Part shown: piece after piece, positions 56,218 to 64,000 of the stretch | Layout: every line of letters begins with the position of its first letter | Numbering within the stretch: the first letter of the stretch is position 1 | Assembly (NCBI GenBank): GCA_964016885.1 | Contig: CAXHJY010000225.1 | Span: 22,492-86,491, forward strand | DNA length: 64,000 nt | Direction of reading: 5' to 3' | Source of the DNA: Eledone cirrhosa | Lineage: Eukaryota | Notes under the pieces: model-generated | Told to the model about the DNA's origin: nothing | The model's database searches: none | Seen by the model: only the letters and a program-made list of their open reading frames with translations | Made by a program: the position numbers and the translations under genes

Positions 56218-57126
56218 ATGCCAACTAAAACAAAAACAGACTCCACTCTCATCAGCATCAATCAAGAGATACTCCAAGAACTACAAAAAATTAACTCTAA
56301 TTTGTCAATACCCACCAACAAACTAAACTCTACAACTGAAGAAACAATCCCCAAATACGCATTCTATGAAATCAACGACAATATCAACAACTTATGTGAA
56401 ACAATAAAAACACACCTGAATAACAACACCAACCCTATTCGAACGAACGACAATACACATGACACTAATACACTTACAACTTACCAAATAAAAAACAAAT
56501 TAATACCACAATGGTTCACATCTCTTAAAAACAGGAAATTCTCCTTTTGGAAGATGATACAAATTAATAACAAAGCGGAGATCTATGAAAAATGGATTAA
56601 CTCTTCCCCATTAATCCTTCCCCGCAAACTACAAATTAAATCAATCCCAAACGAATCCGAGACACAAAGACGCCTCAGGGAAAGAATGGCAATTGATAAT
56701 ATAAAAACCGAAATTGAACTCCTTAAATTGAGAGCCCAAGCAAATGAAGATAGGATCAAGTCAATCGACGATGAGATTAATCTAGCAATTATCAATAAAA
56801 CCAAAGACACCACCCTAGAAAATATTTCAAAACTATGGTTAGAGGAATGTAATAAGGAAGAATTAAAATTCCTTCAACGTTGGGAAATACACGAAACCTG
56901 GTTCTCTAACTATGAAACACTTTTCCAAAAAGAACACACATCCAAGAACCCCTTCATTAAATCCAAAATAACAAGAAAACCCAATCAACACCCAAAACCA
57001 CACAACAACCAACAACAACAAAAAAACAATACCCCCCCACATACCAAAAACAGAAGGCATCACCTCACACCTACCTCCTACACCCACCACATAACTACCA
57101 CACAGATTCCCAAGCAACAAATATAG
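56218..57126 (+). CDS. Penelope ORF1/N-terminal region with predicted coiled coil; originally probably extended to 58923
   Basis: Complex-sequence ORF from MPTKTK just after the pLTR, with heptad-like ETQRRLRERMAIDNIKTEIELLKLRAQANEDRIKSIDDEI. Downstream part is frameshifted. Confidence 0.6.
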   Translation: MPTKTKTDSTLISINQEILQELQKINSNLSIPTNKLNSTTEETIPKYAFYEINDNINNLCETIKTHLNNNTNPIRTNDNTHDTNTLTTYQIKNKLIPQWFTSLKNRKFSFWKMIQINNKAEIYEKWINSSPLILPRKLQIKSIPNESETQRRLRERMAIDNIKTEIELLKLRAQANEDRIKSIDDEINLAIINKTKDTTLENISKLWLEECNKEELKFLQRWEIHETWFSNYETLFQKEHTSKNPFIKSKITRKPNQHPKPHNNQQQQKNNTPPHTKNRRHHLTPTSYTHHITTTQIPKQQI

Positions 57127-57235
57127 TAATAGAGAAACATCAGCTACAAGATAGACACTACAACTTCTCTCCCATCAGGAGAAACCATATAAACATCCCC
57201 ACACAACAAACCCACAACCATTATTACTTCCAACA

Positions 57236-57413
57236 AGGGTGGTGGATTGGCAGTATCGGTAGAGGGTCGGACGCCATGCTTTCCAGCATAGTTACGTCCC
57301 TTTACGATCTGAGTTCAAATCCCGCCGAGGTTGACTTTGCCTTACGGGGTCGATAAAATAAAGTACCAGTAATGCACTGGGTAATTGCTGGCCTTGTGCC
57401 TAAAGTAGAAACA
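57236..57413 (+). mobile_element. SINE inserted in Penelope ORF1 with 16-bp TSD
   Basis: ATTATTACTTCCAACA at 57220-57235 and 57414-57429. Confidence 0.92.
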
Positions 57414-57539
57414 ATTATTACTTCCAACATAGAACCCAAAATACACAACTACCACACATGCCACATAGGGCCTCACAACCACACACCAACTATAAGGAAA
57501 CCTTAATCTACCCAACTCCACTAACCACATCCTACTACA

Positions 57540-58872
57540 ACAACATGAGCAGGAGACAATACAACCACACGAGACACCCTAACCACTACAACCACCATAA
57601 CTACACACCATATAACAACAGCAGCAGGACTCAATATAACCACACAAGACAACCCTACTACAACTACCACCAAGTCTACACACCCTACAACAACAGCAGG
57701 GTTCAACACAACCACACGATACAACCTAACTTCAACAACCACCACAACTACACACCATATAACAACGTCCATCAAATCTACACACCCTACAACAACAGCA
57801 GGGCTCAACACAACCACACGATACAACCTAACTTCAACATCCACCACAACTACATACTATAACAACAACAGCAGGGGTCAATACAACCATAAGAGACATC
57901 CAAACTTCAACAACCACCACAACTACATACTATAACAACAACAGCAGGGGTCAATACAACCATAAGAGACATCCAAACTTCAACATCCACCACAACTACA
58001 TACTATAACAACAACAGCAGGGGTCAATACAACCATAAGAGACAACCAAACTTCAACATCCACCACAACTACATACTATAACAACAACAGCAGGGGTCAA
58101 TACAACCATAAGAGACATCCAAACTTCAACAACCACCACAACTACATACTATAACAACAACAGCAGGGGTCAATACAACCACACGATACAACCTAACTTC
58201 AACATCCACCACAACTACATACTATAACAACAACAGCAGGGGTCAATACAACCATAAGAGACATCCAAACTTCAACATCCACCACAACTACATACTATAA
58301 CAACAACAGCAGGGGTCAATACAACCATAAGAGACAACCAAACTTCAACATCCACCACAACTACATACTATAACAACAACAGCAGGGGTCAATACAACCA
58401 TAAGAGACATCCAAACTTCAACATCCACCACAACTACATACTATAACAACAACAGCAGGGGTCAATACAACCATAAGAGACATCCAAACTTCAACAACCA
58501 CCACAACTACATACTATAACAACAACAGCAGGGGTCAATACAACCATAAGAGACATCCAAACTTCAACAACCACCACAACTACATACTATAACAACAACA
58601 GCAGGGGTCAATACAACCATAAGAGACATCCAAACTTCAACAACCACCACAACTACATACTATAACAACAACAGCAGGGGTCAATACAACCATAAGAGAC
58701 ATCCAAACTTCAACAACCACCACAACTACATACTATAACAACAACAGCAGGGGTCAATACAACCATAAGAGACATCCAAACTTCAACAACCACCACAACT
58801 ACATACTATAACAACAACAGCGGGGGTCAATACAACCATAAGAGACATCCAAACTTCAACAGCAACCACAAC
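57540..58872 (+). repeat. 72-bp coding repeats grading into a homogeneous 73-bp tandem array (about 14 copies)
   Basis: NNSRxQxNHTxQPNFNNHHNYTPY repeats, then a 73-bp period from 57861. Confidence 0.92.
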
Positions 58873-58919
58873 TTCCGTAGTCATTTTTTAGACACAGCAC
58901 ACAGACACAGGGTAACGAG

Positions 58920-61217
58920 ATGACACAAAACACACAGGAGACACAAAATGTAATAAAAATCGTTAATTTAACCTCTAAAGAATTAACAGACCAAATCAAC
59001 ATACTCTCCAAAGGTCTGAATTTTACACCAACTCCCCAACGACCAAACTACCCCGAAATGAAGGAAGACATTGCAAAATTCTGTAGAAAACTAAGATTCA
59101 GCGAACAACTATACGACAAATACAATGAGGATGACTCAATAGCCAGAAATAGAAGCAACTACACCCCACCCAAATGCAAGAACAAATTCCTCGATCAATT
59201 CTGCGAACACATTACTAATTACCCATAACACCACCTACACAGACATAAACAAAAACCAAACCTGAGCAAAAAAGAATGGAATGGTCTTAACAGTCTAAAG
59301 AACGACAAAACCCTAACAATCAAAGAGGCGGATAAAGGAAGTGCAGTAATCCGTATGAGGACAGATTACTACACGACTCTAGTACTGTCAACTCTAGAAA
59401 ACCAAACATATTACGAAAAGGCCCAACACTACACACAACAGAAAATAATGAGAAACCTAAAATCCCTAACAACCCTTTACAAAGAAGGCCTTACCGACAA
59501 GGAATACAACTACATCATCAATTTCAAAAGCAGAAGCAGCCTTTTCTACAGTATCCCCAAGACACACAAAAGCGAAGTAATAGGCAGGGCCTGCAAGCAA
59601 GCCACAGACATTTACATCTATATACCCCTCCTGATGACCTTAAATTAAGACCCATAATAGCAGGTACCACATGTGAAACTCACTGCCTAAGCAACTTCCT
59701 AGATATTCTGCTTAAACCTTTCCTAAAACACATAAAATGCTTCATAAGGGACGACCTTGACATGCTCAACCACCTCCCAACAACACTCAATAATGAACAT
59801 ACCCTACTAGCAACCTTTGATGTCATCAATTTATATTCCAATATCCCACACAACCTAGGTATAGAGGCATTACAATTCTGGATGGAAAATTTCCCTACTG
59901 AACTTCCACAGCGTATCCCTAAAAATTTGTGCTGGAGGGCCTCAAATTCATCTTGGAAAACAACTTCTTCGAATTCGATGCCAAATACTACAGACAGAAA
60001 TCTGGGACTGCCATGGGGACGAAAGTAACCCCCTCATACGCCAACCTTGTCATGGGATATTTGGAAACCACTCTCTACCGCAAAGTTCGAGACAAATACG
60101 GTAACCACTTCTACCTACACATAGAAAAAAACTGGAAGAGATATCTGGACGACTGCTTCATCCTCTGGCATGAAAGTATAGAAAGACAGATTGAGTTTAA
60201 AACCCTTCTAAAAGGACTCAACACAAACTTACAATTTACAATGGAATACAGCCATGAACAACTCCCTTTCCTTGACATCCTCATGAAGAAAAGAAACAAC
60301 AAAATAGAAACAGACATATACTACAAACCCACAGACTCCAAACAATATCTTCCATTTAACTCGTTCCACCCTCGCCATACCAAAATGACAATTCCTTATA
60401 ACCTAGCCAGAAGGATCTACACAATAGTTTCAATTAAATACACAGCTACACACGACTAGAAGAATTAAAGAACACACTTATCAGCAGAAACTACCCACCA
60501 TGCCTAAACAACAATGGATACCAACGTGCTCTAAAATTCAACATCCAGGAACTCAGAGACCCCAAACCCAGGAAGGAACCGAAACAGAAAACTCTACCAT
60601 ACATCTCCACACAAAATCCTCTCAACAATGAGGCATTCGACACCATCCTCCAGAACATTCCTTTGCTAAAAAAAGACCCAAGAATGAACAAAATCCTCCA
60701 AACACACAACATCATAAAGAGCAAAAGACAACCTAAATCCATAAAAACCATCTTCACACAAGCCAAAATCCAACCAAACCTCATAATGAACCCTACAGTA
60801 AAAAAAATGCGGAAGGCCCAACTGTGGTATATGCATAAATCTAATAGAAGGTTCAACATTCCATTTTAAACAAGGATAACCTTTCACAGTTAAATACAAC
60901 TTTACATGTGCATCTGAAAACCTAATCTATGTTTTGACCTGCTCAGGTTGTCGAGAGCACTACATAGGACAGACAAAAACAGCCTCCGACAACGTATGAC
61001 CGTCCATAGATTACAAATAAAAATACAGGAATACAGAAAGATTGCGTTTAGTGAACATATCGCCAATTGTGCACCTAACCAACAACCAAATTTTAAAATT
61101 TTACCCATTTACAAATTCATAGACAACGCTTCTTTCATCCATCGTACCAATAAGGAAACGTATTTCATTAACAAATTCCAACCACTACTTAATGGACTAA
61201 ACTTCGGGCTAAACTAA
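58920..61217 (+). pseudogene. Penelope RT plus zinc-finger linker plus GIY-YIG endonuclease, disrupted
   Basis: ILSKGLNFTPTP, IKEADKGSAV, PKTHK, LRPIIAG, ATFDVINLYSNIPH, GTAMGT, WKRYLDDCF, LPFLDI, YYKPTD, CGRPNCGIC, NLIYVLTCSGC..HYIGQT..LRQRMTVH, FQPLLN. Confidence 0.93.
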
Positions 61218-61577
61218 AACTGGAACGAACAATGAACCAAAGCCCCAATTCCTATGTTCTCTAAAGAGTTACCTCCCTCACACCCTACCTAATCCTTTTT
61301 CTTACATAAATGAATTACCCTCTCTCATTTCTCTCTCTCCTACCTGACCACCCTGAATTACCTCCCCCTGCACATTAAAAAGGGAAATCATATCCAACCC
61401 CAGACTACCATTTGCCTCCATTATGGACCAACCAAGCTCTCTTGCCATAATAACACTTTTTGAACTGCTTATCCTCAAGAACTATGCCTGTAAATAATAT
61501 TCTTTCTTTCCCATTACCTTAACATCTTCAACATCACATTATTTTCTCTCCAACATTTTACACCAATAAAAATTTCC

Positions 61578-61616
61578 CTCCTTTGATAATGCATAAAATG
61601 CTGAAACCGGTAATAG
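61578..61616 (+). ncRNA. Minimal hammerhead-like motif (U3-A8 core) in the 3' pLTR; stem I decayed
   Basis: TTGATAA-tGCA taaaa TGCt-GAAA-CCGG-TA at the position expected for a pLTR ribozyme. Confidence 0.55.
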
Positions 61617-61822
61617 ACAATTATTAAATATATAAAAAAATAAATAAATAAATGCCATTGTTAATTCATAAATAAATGAACTAATACCTTAACACTTCAC
61701 ACAAAGTATAATTTTGTTTTAAACATTTCCAACCCAGAAAAAAAGAGAAAAAATAAAAGGAAACAAATATATTTTTCTTCCTAATAATCGTCTTTTTCTA
61801 TTTACACACACACACACACACA

Positions 61823-61949
<127 letters not shown>

Positions 61950-61951
61950 AT

Positions 61952-61991
<40 letters not shown>

Positions 61992-62910
61992 TCCAACTCG
62001 TGTGCTCCTTCTCCACGTGTCATAATTATATATATATATATATATATGGAGAATAGGGTGGCTGTGTAGTTGCTAGTTAAGGTAGGCTTAAAAATAGGGA
62101 TAAGAATAAGAAGAAAGCAAAAACGGAGGCAGGGGTTAATCATCAGTTGTCTACTGGGGTCTCGGATATTTCAACGCTTTAAAGACAATATATCTACCCC
62201 CAGAGCGTTCAATAACTAGGTAAGTTATTGGGAAAACGGAGTAGGAAGGGAAGAAAAATAGAAGGGTAAAGGTAAAAAGGGAAGAAAAGAGAAAAACAGC
62301 GAAATAGAACAACCCGAAGAATGTGCAAGGAACTGAAGGCAAGAGAATCCAACACCACAGCCGTAACAGAACTTAAGATCGAGAGCATGTGATCGAACGA
62401 AAAGACGCATCTGAACCCAATATATATATATATATATAGGAAAAGAGTCAGGACCCCGGCGGCTGAGCTGCTGCTGTTTCGACAGCTAGATCTGAACTAA
62501 CCCAGTATATATATAGACCCACATTATTATTATATCTGAGAGTTGTCTGCATTGTGGTGGCATCACATAAAGACAAAACAAATATATGTTGAAATTTCCA
62601 ATTTCCCCACTGCTTCATAAATGAACTGTTATTAAATAAATTGTTTCTTATTTGTTATTACTCGATGTATTTGGATAATATTTTCAGTTATTTCTCATAA
62701 AATAAACTCCGTCGTTTACATATATTAATGATGGACATTAAAATATGAATAATTATGAAGTTTGTTTAGACATTTCCCGGAGCAGACTTTATTATTTTAA
62801 CGAGATATCATTTCACATCAACAGCATTTTATATTAATAAATATTAACACTAACACAGTGTAATTCACAATAGGGACATATAAGGGAGCATGTACAATAT
62901 GTCCATGTAT

Positions 62911-63129
62911 AATGGTTTCTCATTTAGTTACAAGGCCATCAGTTTTGGGGGGAGTAGAAACTCGATTAAATCGACCCCAGTGTGTTACTGGTATTTTGTT
63001 TTATCGACTTTAAGGAGGAGAAACATACCTAACATTGGCAGGAAATGAAATAAGAACATAAAGGGTCGTAACTCTACACAGCGTAGCAAGGGGTCCGGCC
63101 CTCTACCGATCCTACCAATCTACCGCCCT
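62911..63129 (-). mobile_element. Diverged SINE copy, longer subfamily
   Basis: Ends CTCTACCGATCCTACCAATCTACCGCCCT, the reverse complement of the SINE head. Confidence 0.75.
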
Positions 63130-63225
63130 AACATGTATATTAAACATACATGTTTCGTTGTGAGTATTTCAAAATGTGATTGTGTCACAACTACCTCAGT
63201 AAATGTGAAGGAACACCAGATCTGT

Positions 63226-63576
63226 GTATTTCAGGATTATTATCTGTCTTCAGTAAGGAGATAAAATATACTGATAGCTGCTATATAGATATTTGAGTAT
63301 TTCAGGATTATTATCTGTCTTCAGTAAGGAGATAAAATATACTGATAGCTGCTATATAGATATTTGAGTATTTCAGGATTATTATCTGTCTTCAGTAAGG
63401 AGATAAAATATACTGATAGCTGCTATATAGATATTTGGGTATTTCAGGATTATTATCTGTCTTCAGTAAGGAGATAATATATACTGATAGCTGCTATATA
63501 GATATTTGAGTATTTCAGGATTATTATCTGTCTTCAGTAAGGAGATAATATATACTGATAGCTGCTATATAGATAT
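63226..63576. repeat. 71-bp tandem repeat, 5 copies
   Basis: GTATTTCAGGATTATTATCTGTCTTCAGTAAGGAG... at 63226, 63297, 63368 and onward. Confidence 0.95.
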
Positions 63577-63965
63577 TGGGATAGATAGTTTATTTCTAGT
63601 TTTCCGCCTAATTATCTCTGTCACTTTCTCTCTATATCTCTCTTTCTTATCCTCTCTATATATATCTCTTATCCTCTCTCTATATCTCTTACCCTCTCTC
63701 TATATCTCTTACCCTCTCTATATATCTCTGACCCTCTCTATATATCTCTGACCCTCTCTCTATATATCTCTCTATATGGCTGTCTGTCTCTATCTTCACA
63801 CATCTATCTATTTATAAATAGATAAATAAATAAAGAATAAATAAATATATATATCTATTAATCTATCTATCTGCGTTTGTCTGCCAATGTATATATATAT
63901 ATATATATCTCAACATAACTACACACACACACACACACACACACAGACACACACACACACACACA

Positions 63966-64000
<35 letters not shown>

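Overview
AT-rich eukaryotic (animal) DNA made almost entirely of repeats. I could not support any host protein-coding gene; nearly all listed ORFs are translations of microsatellites or satellites. The dominant ~190-bp tRNA-headed SINE resembles octopod cephalopod SINEs from memory, so the taxon is an inference. Contents: a rearranged Gypsy LTR-retrotransposon remnant with a 3' LTR, PPT and a second LTR (5.7-9.4 kb); a decayed CR1-group LINE (21.6-23.7 kb); two Penelope-like elements (RT + GIY-YIG; 28.1-30.1 kb and 55.6-62.0 kb); Helentron-like MITEs; about 12 SINE copies; and large satellites with 40, 27, 29, 21, 24, 73 and 71 bp units. Most interesting: (i) many hammerhead ribozyme motifs readable by eye, five with the canonical core and full stems, plus U3-A8 covariant and decayed ones, often in fold-back Penelope pLTR remnants, and one in a 625-bp unit with terminal direct repeats (retrozyme-like); (ii) a Penelope element whose coiled-coil ORF1 joins the RT-endonuclease frame at a correctly phased U_UUU_UUA -1 slippery site; (iii) a candidate HDV-like ribozyme heading a duplicated RTE-derived non-autonomous element. 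All RNA structures were paired by hand and none was computed. Element boundaries are approximate.
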